Of a stretch of 64,000 nt of DNA, positions 13,540 to 29,027 are shown piece after piece (the stretch's first letter is position 1; each line of letters begins with the position of its first letter). A program made the translations under genes and the position numbers. Source of the DNA: the human T2T-CHM13v2.0 reference genome, Homo sapiens; the NCBI RefSeq assembly GCF_009914755.1, contig NC_060931.1. One strand, 5' to 3'. The notes under the pieces were generated by a model, which had not been told where the DNA came from, ran no database searches, and worked only from the letters and a program-made list of their open reading frames with translations.

Positions 13540-14075
13540 TTTCAATATCCTTCCCATCATCCCCTCTGCCACTGGCCCAGATCATCATCAACTCTCACCT
13601 AAATTACTGTAATTGCCTCTTAACTAAACATCTTTCCTCTAATCTTGCATTCGCCAATATATTCTCTACCTAGGAGCAAAGTTTTTTGAACTCAAAGTAA
13701 ATCATGTCTTTCTCCTGCTAAAACCTACTAAAGACTTCCCATAGCTTTTAGAGTAATATCCAAATTCCTCAACATGCACATAAGGACTGCTTTTTACCTC
13801 AAAGGAAGGTACAGCACAGTCTGTTATCCCGTAAGTTCCAGCTCAACTTTCGTGATCTGTCAGAACCAAAAGCTCTCTCATGTTCACACATCACAATGCT
13901 AATATCACACCTATTAATTTTAATTGGAGATCAGGTGATTGATCTGTCAGACCCCACAGAAATGTGATTATCTTTAGTTCCGGGACTATATTTATTCATC
14001 TTTGTACCTCAGAAACTTACTCCAATGTTTCACACACGAATTTGATAATTGTTCGCTAAATAAGTACTGAATAAG
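13540..14075 (+). mobile_element. L2 LINE fragments
   Basis: atcatcaactctcacctaaattactgtaattgcctcttaact...ttattcatctttgtacctcag. Confidence 0.55.
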
Positions 14076-14218
14076 AATAACTTATTGAAATATTCAATCT
14101 CAAATGTTATGACAAAGATAAAAACCATACCTAAACCAGTTCTCATAAATAAACTCAACACTTAAAAACTGCATTCCTTTTAGTAGGAAAAAGCATTCTG
14201 AGTTATAGAAATTCTTAC

Positions 14219-14403
14219 CTGAATATATTTCTTGCTATAATTGTAACCTGGCTGTAGGGATCCGAAATCTACTTTATGTAATTTACTCAGCGGCTGAACT
14301 TCAGGCACCCCATTGACTTCCTTTATTAATTCAAGTGGCATATCAGTTCTGCTTCACACTGATGTCCAAAGCAAATTCAACTAGGGAATCTGACAACTTG
14401 CTG
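14219..14403 (-). other. POT1: POT1 5'-UTR exon 2 (185 nt)
   Basis: Minus strand: acceptor ttttgtattttcag|CAGCAAG and donor ATATTCAG|gtaaga. Matches recalled POT1 leader. Confidence 0.9.
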
Positions 14404-15129
14404 CTGAAAATACAAAACCAGTGTTTTACCCAAAATGAAGTCAATAATTTGCTTTAAGTCTCTTTGACTTAGTTATGCTTTTCCTTATTATAGTTAACAC
14501 GGTTCGGGGTTGGGGGGTGACAGGAGGATGGATTATTTTACAATTTTATTGCAAAGATCAATACAAAACATTCTTCCAAGGAACTGAAACTTAACCATTT
14601 TCTACTTAGCTGCGTAAAGTACCTCCAAAAAGCCAGTTTTAAGATCTGTAACGTCACTAACAAACGCTTTTAACATTGTGCTTTAAAATGTAAAATTTAT
14701 TGGGGAAGAGGGAGGCTGAAAAATCGTGTTTTTTTTTAACCCCCACGGGAGCTGTAATATTGTATAGACAAACTGTGCACCAAAAGCATCGTACTCCAAC
14801 ATGTTTCTGTGGCCCCCTCCCTTCACCCGCTAAATAAATGAAGAAACAAAAATTACTGAACTGAGATTAACTTCTGCATCGTAGGCTCAACCTTATTTCA
14901 CAGACCTCTTGACGGGGACACTCACTAGTGTCGATATCTAATTTTAATGTTTGCGCACCAACCTTCCCCCAAGCCACCTGAGCTCTGTGAGGGCGGGGAC
15001 TTGGACTTAACTCCTGTCTGCTTCTCCCAAAACACCAAGAAAGATGCTGAACACAGCAGGCTCGAGATAAACACTCGTAAGAAAGCGTTTCTCTGCGATA
15101 ATTACATCAAATTTTGATCTAAACTAATT

Positions 15130-15580
15130 CAATCCCGGGCCCGTTACGTCTGGCACCCACTCAAATGAACACACCAAACCTTACAAATTTCACTCACCCG
15201 TACTCTAGAAAGAACCCTAGGAAGAGTTTAGGCGGGCGCGCAGGTGACGTCACACGCACGCTGACGGTTCAGCTCCACGCATGCGTGCAGGATCCCTGGG
15301 CATAGTCGCTTGTTCTCCGCCCGCGGTGGACCAGCTGCGTAACGGTTCACACACTGATGGCGCCTGGAGGTTTGGCGAAATACTGACAGGATGCGACGTC
15401 AACGGGAGCGCAGGGCCAAGGTACAGGCCCCGCCCAGTCCGGTCACATCCCCCGGAATTCTCGCAGCTCCCCTTAGCTCCGCCCCCAGTGACTTTCCAGC
15501 TTTCGTGGCGGGAGGCAAGCTTAGGGGAAGCGGGCGGGTCCGCTGGGCGGGATTTGAGCTTCCCTTTGGTAGATTCGAAG
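15130..15580. promoter_or_regulatory. CpG-island bidirectional promoter (POT1 / POT1-AS1)
   Basis: The only clear CpG-island-like segment. Perfect CRE TGACGTCA at 15245-15252, NRF1-like palindrome CACGCATGCGTG at 15276-15287, YY1-like GATGGCG near 15357, several GC boxes. Confidence 0.9.
15198..15385 (-). other. POT1: POT1 exon 1 (non-coding; 5' boundary depends on TSS and is uncertain)
   Basis: Donor GTACGG|gtgagt at 15198/15197 in the CpG island; matches recalled POT1 mRNA 5' end. Confidence 0.85.
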
Positions 15581-16030
15581 CTCCTGTAGGCAGAGCCTTT
15601 CTTTTAATGTCCAGTTCTCTTCCTCCAAGAAATAGGCACCTACTGCAGTCTTTACAAGGAAGCATTTACAAGGATAACAATGTTATTTGGGAGTTTTTAT
15701 AGTAATTTCGGGCATTGGCATAATGCCACCATTGAGTCTTGCTATTTACAGACAGATTTGATTAACCTTGTCATTGTTTTATAGGGCCATGATTTTGTGG
15801 TATAATTAATATTTATTATAATTTATTTTATAGGTTTATTATAGTTTATTTAATATTTATTATAACTTATAATTGATAAATATTATAATTTATCATTTAT
15901 AATGATAAATTGTTAAACATGAATTCTCTGCTAATTCCAGATATATGCCTTCAATCATTTAAGTGAAATCATCCTAGTGTGAAACTAAATGTAATAAAGA
16001 ATTACATGAATATTTCCAAGGCTAATTTGA

Positions 16031-16373
<343 letters not shown>

Positions 16374-16675
16374 AGCTATGTTTGAAGTGCCTTTTTAATC
16401 AACAGGAAGCATTCAGTATTAGCCCATCTCCTGTTTCCCCTCCCCATCCCTGTAGTTATATCCCACGCAGAAGCCGGGGTGACAAGTGCATGAACTCAGG
16501 AGCTGTCCATTTGAGGAAAACTATAGGGAAGGTTTAGATGCTATCCTCCTTCCATCTCTGGCTGCATCCGGCTGAGAAATACTATTCCTCCTTTTTATGT
16601 GAAGCCCTCCACATGGGCTTTGGACCCTGACCAATTTCATCTCCCTTCCATCATCATCAATATATTTTCTCTTAA

Positions 16676-16954
<279 letters not shown>

Positions 16955-18460
16955 TAAATATTTGTTGAATGAACAAATGCTGAGGAAAACTGTTTATCTT
17001 ACTTCTGACTTCCACCCCTCCATCCCACCCCTGCCCCCCACCACCCCATTACACTTAAACTGCCCTTAGAAAAACCACTGAAGAACTCTTTATTGCTAAC
17101 CCAAAAGGACATTTTTAGTCTCATATTTTTGAAAACATTCTTTGTGCTACAACATGGTCCTAGTTTTCCTCTTACCTTCTACCAACTGAATCTTTTAAAA
17201 TTTCTCATAATCTGTTTAGCCTGTAAGTATCCATGTTCTGTAGAATGTGATGAAGATGTCTAATAGAGGTATACGTAAGTCCTTTTATTTTGTTAAAGTG
17301 GTTGTTCTCAGTTCCTGTGGGACACAACACTTCCTACACGTTCAAGTAACTTCCAATCTTATTTCTTCTGCATAATCTCCCAATTAGTGGCAGAGGCTCC
17401 AGAGCCTGTAATGCTTTCCCTCACATTAGCAATTAATTTCCACAAATGAAGAAAATTGCTCATGAATATACAGTACAATTTAAGATAATAAGAGAGGAAA
17501 AAAAGAGATTGAATCAACTGAATAAGGCAATGAAGACATATTAATGCCAAAACAATCCATTACTATTGTTCTATGCCTGTTGAAGCAGCATAAAAAAGCT
17601 ACTCTAAGGCTAACAATTAATGTAATTGTTATTAGAAGTTATGACTTTTAAAGGTTCAATGAAAAAAGTTTTTATATAAAATCTGCAATGTAAAAATGTT
17701 CATTTTAAGAAAAGTTAAAATTAAATTTTCATTAATAAATAATGAAGACTAAAAGCAAAATGGGTAATTTTTAAGTGATGTATAAATATAAGGATTCAGT
17801 ATAGTTATCATAAATAAATCAAACGTGAAAGAAATTAGTCTGCAAATTTCTGACACATCTTCCCTCTCATAGCATTTTCATATTATCCTTTACTATTTAC
17901 TTGTTAATGTCTACATGTAAAATTGAATTGCCTAACATGTCCAGCACTTCAAATTCATTTCCTTTGCATTAATTGTGGGGTGATTAACCCATTCCTGTTT
18001 GCAGTCCATCTGTCCTGCAAGCTGTTATCATCAGGTTGCATCTCTAGAGCCTGACAATATCATCTTCTTACTCCTGAGATTTTCTAGGAATAATAGCTAG
18101 GCTACATTAGTTGGAGTTCATTTCCTTGTGTCTAATATTCTTTCTGCCCAATCCTAATGAACATCTAAATGGATTTGTAAAATCCTATTTCAATAAAGCA
18201 TCAAATTTTTATATTGTTATGTAGCTGAGCCAGGAGATAAATCAAACATAATTTTTTCTCAAATGTATGTTTAAGTTACAAATTTAAATGGTAAAGCATG
18301 TAATCACTCAGTGCATACTAGGAAGCAAAATAAAGATATTTTTAAAACATAATATTAGGTACCACAAATTGAGAAAACATTATTATCCATTGAAGAGGTC
18401 TCTCAAAAGCTTTTGTACTTTAATAATAAATCTTTTTAATTTATTATTTAAAATATCCTA

Positions 18461-18788
<328 letters not shown>

Positions 18789-18817
18789 TCAGTTGCTACT
18801 CATTTTAAGAATTGTTG

Positions 18818-19119
18818 GGCCAGGTATGGTGGCTCTCGCCTATAATCCCAGCACTTTGGGAGACCGAGGCGGGTGGATTACCTGAGGTCAGGAGTTCAAG
18901 ACCAGCCTGGCCAACATGGTGAATCCCCATCTCTACTAAAAATACGAAAAAAATTAGCTGGGCCTGGTGGCACACCCCTGTAATCCCAGCTACTCTGGAG
19001 GCTGAGGCAGGAAAATTGGTTGAGCCCAGGAGGCAGAGGTTACTGTGAGTCGAGATCGTGCCACTGCACTCCAGCCTGGCCGACAGAGCAAGATTCTGTC
19101 TCAAAAAAAAAAAAAAAAA
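18818..19119 (+). mobile_element. AluSx/Sz
   Basis: Full dimer, TSD aagaattgt. Confidence 0.9.
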
Positions 19120-19313
19120 GAATTGTCCAAGGAAAAAAATAACCTATATTCAAATTTTAATTATAAACTATAAGTAGGTCAATATATTATACTGTATTGA
19201 TCCATATGAATGAATTACAAATACGAACTTTCTCTTGTTGAAAGACTATAAGAAATGTATGACTTCCCAAAAAATATAAATAAATGTTTCCTCATATAAC
19301 TCATGTATAACAT

Positions 19314-19624
19314 TTTCTCTTTCTTTCTTTCTTTCTTTCTTTTTTTTTTTTTTTGAGACAGGGTCTTACTCTGTTGCCCTGGCTGGCATACAGTAGGAAG
19401 ATCCTAGCTCTCACTGTATCCTCGGTCTCCCAGACTCAAGCGATCCTCCCACTTCAGCCTCTTGAGTAGCTGGGACTATAGGCAGGCAACACTGTGCTCC
19501 GCTAATTATTTTTAGCAGACGTGAAGTCTCACTGTGCTTCCCAGGCTGGTCACAAACTTCGGGTTCAAGTGACCCTCCCACCTTGGCCTCCCAAAATGCT
19601 GGGATTACAGACGTGAGCCACCAT
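19314..19624 (-). mobile_element. AluJ
   Basis: (TTTC)n/polyT head, gagacagggtct...ctcaagcgatcctcccac. Confidence 0.85.
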
Positions 19625-21499
19625 TTCTGATAACATGTTTTTAATATGTTTAAAAAAAGGCAATATGTAAACTTAATGAATATTCAGGGAACATTTACCA
19701 AGTATCTGAAATTGAGCAGGGCCATCTAACAATAAGTTAAACACAACCAGGCATGGCCCTGGCTGATTTGGATCTTGCAGTGGAGACAGAATATCTTTTT
19801 AAAATTCAGATAAACCAATGCAAAATTTCGATTATGATGTGAGATACAGAGAATAGTCATGGTGCTAGGAAAGTATATAATGGAAGAAGCTGACCTAGAT
19901 AGAAAGGTCACATTAGGTCTTCCTGAGAAGTAAGAATTAAGCAGAGATGAAAATACAGCAATATAATCAAGGCAAATTTTAGTTACCTGTAGTACATTTC
20001 AGTCCTATAAAAATATATGGCTTCAAGCTTAAAAAACTATGGGCTAATCAAAACATATATTTTTTTCTTAAATACTCTCTAAACCCTGTATTCAGCCTTA
20101 ATTTTGCTCTTCAGGTGAAACTCATCACTTCTTTTGCTATCCCTAGACTGCCACAGATATAACCCTCATACAGGCAATGATTTTATGTGATCATGCTCAG
20201 ATATTAGACACAAAAAAATAGAGTGTGACTGGTGAAACTGGCTCACATTAAACAAACTCACATTGATATTTTTAAAAAAACCTGGTAATACAAATGTATT
20301 AAATTCCAACCAAATGTTTTAAATTATTAGCTATATATCTGGAATATGGCATTATGTTAATATCAGTACTTATGAGGAACCAAATTATAAACACTTGGTT
20401 GTTGGGAAAGCATGGAATTTCAACATAGAAAATTTTTTGGATGATCCTACAACCTAACATAATCAAGTCATGTGAGTTTCATGTCAAGTCTACTGGAGAA
20501 ATATATGTGGATGTTCACATTTGTGGTCAGGGCACCATCTCCCCTGAATGTTTGCCTCTCAGATGATCTCTTTTCTAGGCATGTAATTAACCTTCTTCAG
20601 ATGTGTCCTGTTTTCTTTTTTATTTTCTTTCTGTGCCTTGATTTGGATTAGAAATAAATTACAGCTATGGCTCCGGTAATATTTACAAGTGTTTGGCTAT
20701 GCCATGTTCTTTCCCTTAGTTGTCTAACAATTTGTAAAATTCAAGACTCTGTATAATCACTGTAATCTCTCTAGTGATTCTGAAAAGACAGGGATCTTTT
20801 TCTTTAAATTTTCTAATCTATGGCATATAATTTTATTTTTATAGATATATATTCACCTCTTTCTAAGCACAGAGTAAGCCTTCAAGGCTTGTCAGTGAAT
20901 TAGATGTTCTGCTGCTAAAAGTCAGCCTGAGCACCCTCAAGACTCAGAGTTGGCTGTTTCCTGAGAATAAATAAAAGGCCATGGCTCATCTCAGTGCCAT
21001 AACACGAATGGGCACTTTCTTCTTCCAGCTCGCTTTCTTCCAGATCAGAGGATTCTTATAAGAATTTATGTGTTTTGTTGGGGAAAAAAATCATTTATCT
21101 AAAGTTTAATCATCCCTTCAGTTTTACTTAAACTGTTTTCTCTTTTGATTAATTCAAATAAAATTTAAATTAATACTTTTAATTTAAAATATCATCTATG
21201 ATTCTTTTATTTTAAATTAATTCTGTCTTTCTGGCCAGTAGCTTAATTCTGATTCTATGTATTATACAGAGATATCTGAAATGATATTCATAAAATGTTC
21301 ACACTGGTTATTGTTGAATGAATAATTTAAATGACTAGCTGCTTTTTTTTTAATTAAAGGTTTTTTTCACTACTTTTATCACTTAGCCACATGACTAAAA
21401 ATAACTAAACCAAAAGTTTTTTGAAAGACTCGTATTTAAGCATCCTCTAGTGGTAAAATTATCTGATAACCATATATACAACATTTTGCATGTTTATGC

Positions 21500-22380
<881 letters not shown>

Positions 22381-22384
22381 ACTC

Positions 22385-23050
22385 AGGAATTTCTATTGGC
22401 TTTCTTCTTAAAATGTGTACAGAATCAGACCGATGCATATCACCTCCACCACTACCACTGTGATCCAAGTCACCATACCCTCTGGACTGGATTTCTGCAA
22501 TAGCATCCTAGAGGGTCCCCCTGATTCCTTACTCTTCACTTCCTGCCCACACACAATTATTGCTCCATTCTCATCAAGAACAGCAGGTCAGATCATTTGC
22601 TCCTCTGCTCAGAACACTACAAGGGTTCTGCAGGACTGTCAGGGTCAAAGTCAAAGTCCTTTAAGTGATCTAATCCCTCTGCTATCCTTCTGAATTTACC
22701 CCTTATGTTCACTCACTTGAGACAGACTGGCTTCCTTGCTCTTTTTCTGGAGTCTTAGAGTGGAATGCTAGAATACTCTTCCCTTACTAATTCCCCCAGT
22801 TACGTCAGGAATTTTCCTCAAATATAACCTTGTCAAAGCAGCCAAACTGACCACTGTATTTAAATTTGCACACACATCCCTCCAGAGTTTTGCTACCCTT
22901 TTCTTTTTCCCTAGAGCACTAGTCATCTTCTAACATACTGTAAAACTGACCCTTTTAATTGTGTTCCACACTAAAAGGTAAGCTCCACAGTAGTAGGGAT
23001 TTCAGCCTGTTTTGTTCGTTTTGCAGGCAGTAAATACTTGAGTAATGAAT
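22385..23050 (+). mobile_element. L2 LINE 3' region
   Basis: tctggactggatttctgcaatagcatcc...aaggtaagctccacagtagtagggatt...agtaaatacttgagtaatgaatg. Confidence 0.65.
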
Positions 23051-25619
23051 GGTTAAGACACCATGCCTAATGATTCACTAACCAGTTCTCTCTCCAGTGG
23101 TCCACAGGCCAATGGAGAACACATTTCATTAACTTCAATATAGCAACGCTTGGAAATCATCGGTAGGATTGCTATGAAGAAAGACTGATTTTGGATCGAC
23201 ACCAGTGAGGTTGTCTATGATGATGAAAAGCAGGCAAATTTCTTATTTATGCCAGAAAAGTAGAGAAGCTACATTATAAACATGAGCATTATAAATCTTT
23301 ATTCCATGAATAACACGGAGAGTCTGTATGGCCTACCAGTGGTTCAAAGACCATATTTCGTAAATTACAAGTAAAATGAAAAAACTTTGAGTGTAATGTA
23401 ATGTCATACATTAGTCAAGATTCAAATTTTGTAAGTTTACATAGGCTAATAAAGGCAAGTGATTTTTAAATTAGATAGTTTCTAATTAGAATGTTTAAGC
23501 AAGAGGTCTATCTCCAGCACTCTTTGGAGATTAAGATCCCTCATGCCATCTTTTCTCTCAGCAACAGAGGATATTTTTTAATCAGGTTGGGTTACTTTTA
23601 AGCTCCCTTCTCACTACATCTGATAGGGTAATGACTTAGAGTGAATGAAAACAAATACGATGAAAAGTACTGTCTGAGAAATGCTGAGACAAGCCATGCA
23701 CTAAGGGAAAAATGAATGACTGGAAAGAACATAAAAGCCTCAAAGTCAAATTAGCATAACAGAGGATCGAAGTATATGCAGCAAGGCACAGACTAAGCAA
23801 GGAGAGGCAAAATTTTCATAGGGGAGAGAAATGGGTCATTTTCTAATTTTGAGCCATGCCATGTGGCACCTAGGTGACTCAGTGTGTAAAAGGCACAAGG
23901 TTAAAATAGACTATCTCAACAGAGATAAGTTTTGGTTAAATTACACGAAAGATATTTATTGAATTTTTTTTAAAAAACTGCATTTGGGAAAATTATTTTG
24001 AGTGATAATTCTGAGTGTTTATTCAGAAACATATTCTTTGACAAATCTGCTTATAGTAACAGCCAAGACCCTCCAGGTTCCTATGTGTGAGAAGAACTAT
24101 GTTGCCTAACAAATGATTGGTTCTTCAGGTTTCTCTGTAAAGATGGGGAAGCAAGAGAAAAAGAAAATAAACTGAACCAGAAAAACCAAGAGAGTATGTA
24201 TGTTTCCCAGAAGAGATGCCACTCTTTGATGCCTATGCTGTATGCACATTCAATCCAAAGAAAAAATCTTTAGAAAAGTTGTCGAGCTCACAGAATGCTT
24301 AAGAATGAGTGAAATTTTTGAGAAAACCAGTGAGGAGCTTGGTTTATGTCAGATTGCTGCGTTTCTAATTGAGGCAGCACACACAAAAGGCACATGAAGG
24401 AAAAGAAAAAGAAAAAAATTGCTGGAAATTAATAGACAGAAAGTAGACTAGTCAAAGAGGATCTTTCAACTCCTTTACACTGTGGAAGTAGGGGTTTATG
24501 TCTTGAATTTAATGTCCCCTTCATTTACATATCTTACATTTTATATCACGAAGATATGTCCTGGGAAAATCTGTAATAATGCCCATGTCTACAGCCTCTT
24601 TTCTATGTAATCTTAGATTTTTAAAAAAGCATTGATAGTTAATTTGTTTTGAAAATAATGGACCAGCTCTAAGCTGGAGAGCACAGAAGCAGACAGCAAT
24701 TTGTTAGCCTGATATTTTTCTTTGTCTTCCTCTTGTTTTTTGAATGATCAAAAATTGGCACAATTTTAGAAACTTTATAATGAATAGTTTTAAATAATAG
24801 TAAGCTAATTAAGAGTTTGCATGTTTTTTAGATTCATTATGCTTATTTGAAGTAATTGAGAACCATTTGTTTTAGGGTGAAAATGCACTTTTAACACAGA
24901 AAGACATTTTGTAACTTTGTCCGAACCTTCTTATTAATTTAAATTAAATTTGCCTCTATTCATTACATTCATACACTTCTATGGGAAATGGGAAAGTCAA
25001 TATGTAGTCTCCTTGATGAAAATTGTGGATAGCTTATTTATTTTTCACTTATGTGCAATAATATTGAGACATTCTATAGCTAAATGTGAGTTTACCTTTC
25101 CTCCCCACAATTTGCCCATCAAAGACTATGTATTGTTAGAAGGATAAGTTTACAGCTACTGTATTAATAAGATAATAAAATCTCATTTGTGTTGTCCCTC
25201 TTACCTAATTCTCAATAGTAAAAAATTACTCCAAGATATCTTTTCTATGATTAGAGCAGAATAGAAGTGATTACTATACAATCACATTTGAAAAACTTCA
25301 GTTTAATTAGGATATATTCAACCCAGAACTTGGCGTCAGAGTCTGGCACAGCCAAAGGAACAGAACAGATGGAGAAAAAGAAATACTTTGGTACTCTTAC
25401 TTATTTTCACATGAGGATGGTGTAAACCAGTCCTAAGTATAGAGGTATGTTTGCTTAATAGACTCTTGTAAGTCTATTAGACTGAAAGGAAATATTAAAA
25501 AAGAAATGTATTCCTTTTTTCTTGTTATTTATATCTGACCATCAATAATTTTCTGCCACTTCTAGATAATCTGCTAATTCTATCCATATTATACATCCAA
25601 ATACTAATGATATTAATCT

Positions 25620-26170
25620 TGATCAGTCTCCTCCTTAATTTCCCTCATAGTAAAAATGCTTCTTTTCTTTCCATTTCGGCCAGATACCCTTTATATCAAA
25701 CCGTCTATCCTGGAGCAGAAAAATCCTGTCTTCATTGCTATAGCTACAGATTCAGAAATGAGCATGTAACAAATTCAGGCCAAAGAGAGGTAAGGAAATA
25801 CTTTTTCTGGAATTTCTAAGACTTTTTTTTTTCTTTCTCTCTGGAGAAATATGGGAAATCAGCCTCTCCTCTTCCTGATGCTGTGTGAGGAAATGTGTAA
25901 TCCGATTATTACTGGCAGCCATTCCACAACCAAAAGGGAGCCCAACTTAAAATGAAACCAATCCTGTGGTTGACTGAACAGAATGTCACGTAAATTAAAA
26001 AAATAAAATAAAATAAAATATGCAACTTTCATGGTAGTGTTAAGCCCTTATATGAACTAACCCTGAAATCTCATGTGTCTCTTAATTTCTACTTACAGGA
26101 ACTAGAAAATTTCCTTATTATTTTAAGTCAGTTTGAGTTTTTGGTTTTCTGTTACTGGCAGTAAAATAAC
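25620..26170 (+). mobile_element. Old MLT1 (J/K-like) LTR
   Basis: gagcatgtaacaaattcaggccaaagag...ggcagccatt...taagtcagtttgagtt...tttctgttactggcag. Confidence 0.55.
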
Positions 26171-26747
26171 AGTCTCCTTTCAGTCAAACATCAGGAAATT
26201 CACAGGCATATGACATCTAAAATCACCAATAATCTTTGCATTTAGTAAAAACTGGTACCAGGTGGAAGAATACAGTAAATAAATGTATAGCACCTAAGTG
26301 TTCTGTACTTAACTTCTCATCCTTCCACTATCCAACAACAGCTTGACATTCCTTTGGTAAATCACTCCCTTTCCACTCTTAGTGCAGTTTATATGCTTAT
26401 GACTTCCCAATTTTATATCTTCAGTTCTAGATGTATACACCCCAAATTTGTATTTTTCATAAATTCCAGACTTGTGTTTTCAACTGTGTATTAACTATTT
26501 CCACTTGATGTCTAGAAGATATGTCCAACTCTCAATCTTCCTACAGACTTGTTGAGTTGCTTTGACCAAAATGCTGATAGTGGTATGGACAATAAAGTCC
26601 AGGCTGAGGTGGTCACAGATGGAGATGATGAACTGGAGTAAAGGTCACTCGCTATGCAAAGAGACTGGTAGCATTTTGTCCCTGCCCTAGAGATCTGTGG
26701 AACTTTGAACTTGAGAGAGATGATTTAGGGTATCTGGCAAAAGAAAT

Positions 26748-27730
<983 letters not shown>

Positions 27731-29027
27731 AAATTCCTAAGCATCAAACACTCAAGAGGTGACAGAGCATAAAAGTTTGGAAAATTTGCAGCCTGACTAT
27801 GCAGTAGAAAAGAAAATCCTATTTTTTGGGAAGAAATTCAAGTGGGCTGCGGAAATTTTCATAAGTAATAAGGAGCCAAATGCTAATCACCAAGACAATA
27901 GGGAAAATGTCTCCAAGGCATGTCAGAGACTTTCCTGGCAGCCCCTCCCATCACAGACCCAGAGGCCTAGTAGGAAAAAATAGTTTCCTGGGCTGTGCGC
28001 AGGGCCCCCCTGCTGTATGCAGCCTGGGGACTTGGCATCCTGCTTCCCATCCACTCCAGTCATGGCTAAAAGGAGCCAACGTACAGCTCAGGCCATTGCT
28101 TCAGAGGGTGCAAGCCCCAAACCTTGGTAGCTCCAACGTGGTTTTGAACCTACAGGTTCACAGAAGTCAAGAATTGAGGTTTGGGAACCTCTACCTAGAT
28201 TTCAGAGGATGTATGGAAATACCTAGAGGTCCAGGAAGAAGTTTGCTACAGGGGCAGAATCCTCATGGATAACCTCCACCAGGGAAGTATGGAAGGGAAA
28301 TGTGGGGTCAGAGCCCCCACACAGAGTCTCCACCGGGGTACTGCCTAGTAGAGGTGTGAAAAGGGCCACCATCCTCCAGACCCCAGAATGGTAGATCCAC
28401 CAACAGCTTGCACTGTGCTATAGGCACTCAATGCCATAGGTACTTGCACAGCCATGTGCACTAAATGCCAGCCTGTGAAAGCAGCCTGCAGGGGGGCTGT
28501 ACTCTGCAAAGCCACAGGGACAGAGCTGCCCAAGGGCATAGGAGCCCACCTCTTGGATCAGCGTGACCTGGATGTGAGACATGGAGTCAAAGGAGATAAT
28601 TTTAGAACTTTAAGATTTGACTGCCCCACTGGATTTTGCACTTGCATGGGGCCTGTATCCCCTTTGCTTTGGCCAATTTTTCCCATTTGGAATGGGTGTA
28701 TTTACCTGATGTCTATACCACCATTATATTTAAGAAGTAACTAATTCACTTTTGATTTTACAAGCTTATAGGTGGAAGGGACTTGCCTTGTCTCAGATGA
28801 GACTTTGGAATGTGGCTTTTGAGTTAATGCTGGAATAAGTTAAGACTTTGGGGGATGGTTGGGAAGGCATGATTGGTTTTGAAAACTTGTCTTATCTCAG
28901 ATGAGACTTTAAACTGTTGACTTTTGGGTTAATGCTGGAATGAATTAAGACTTTGGGGGACTGTTGGGAAGGCATGATTATGTTTCGAAGTGTGAGGACA
29001 TGAGATTTGGGAGGGGCCAGAGTGGAA

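Noticed and set aside
15281-15702. 102-aa and 103-aa + strand ORFs and an 88-aa - strand ORF in the promoter
   Set aside because: Stop-poor GC-rich CpG island, no recognisable domain, overlapping in several frames; expected by chance
15800-15915. AT-rich ttataattta repeats next to the CpG island
   Set aside because: Simple low-complexity sequence without a regular unit
19717-19761. 9-bp inverted repeat cagggccat...atggccctg
   Set aside because: Possibly a collapsed MER91-like hAT remnant, but no TSD and too short to support
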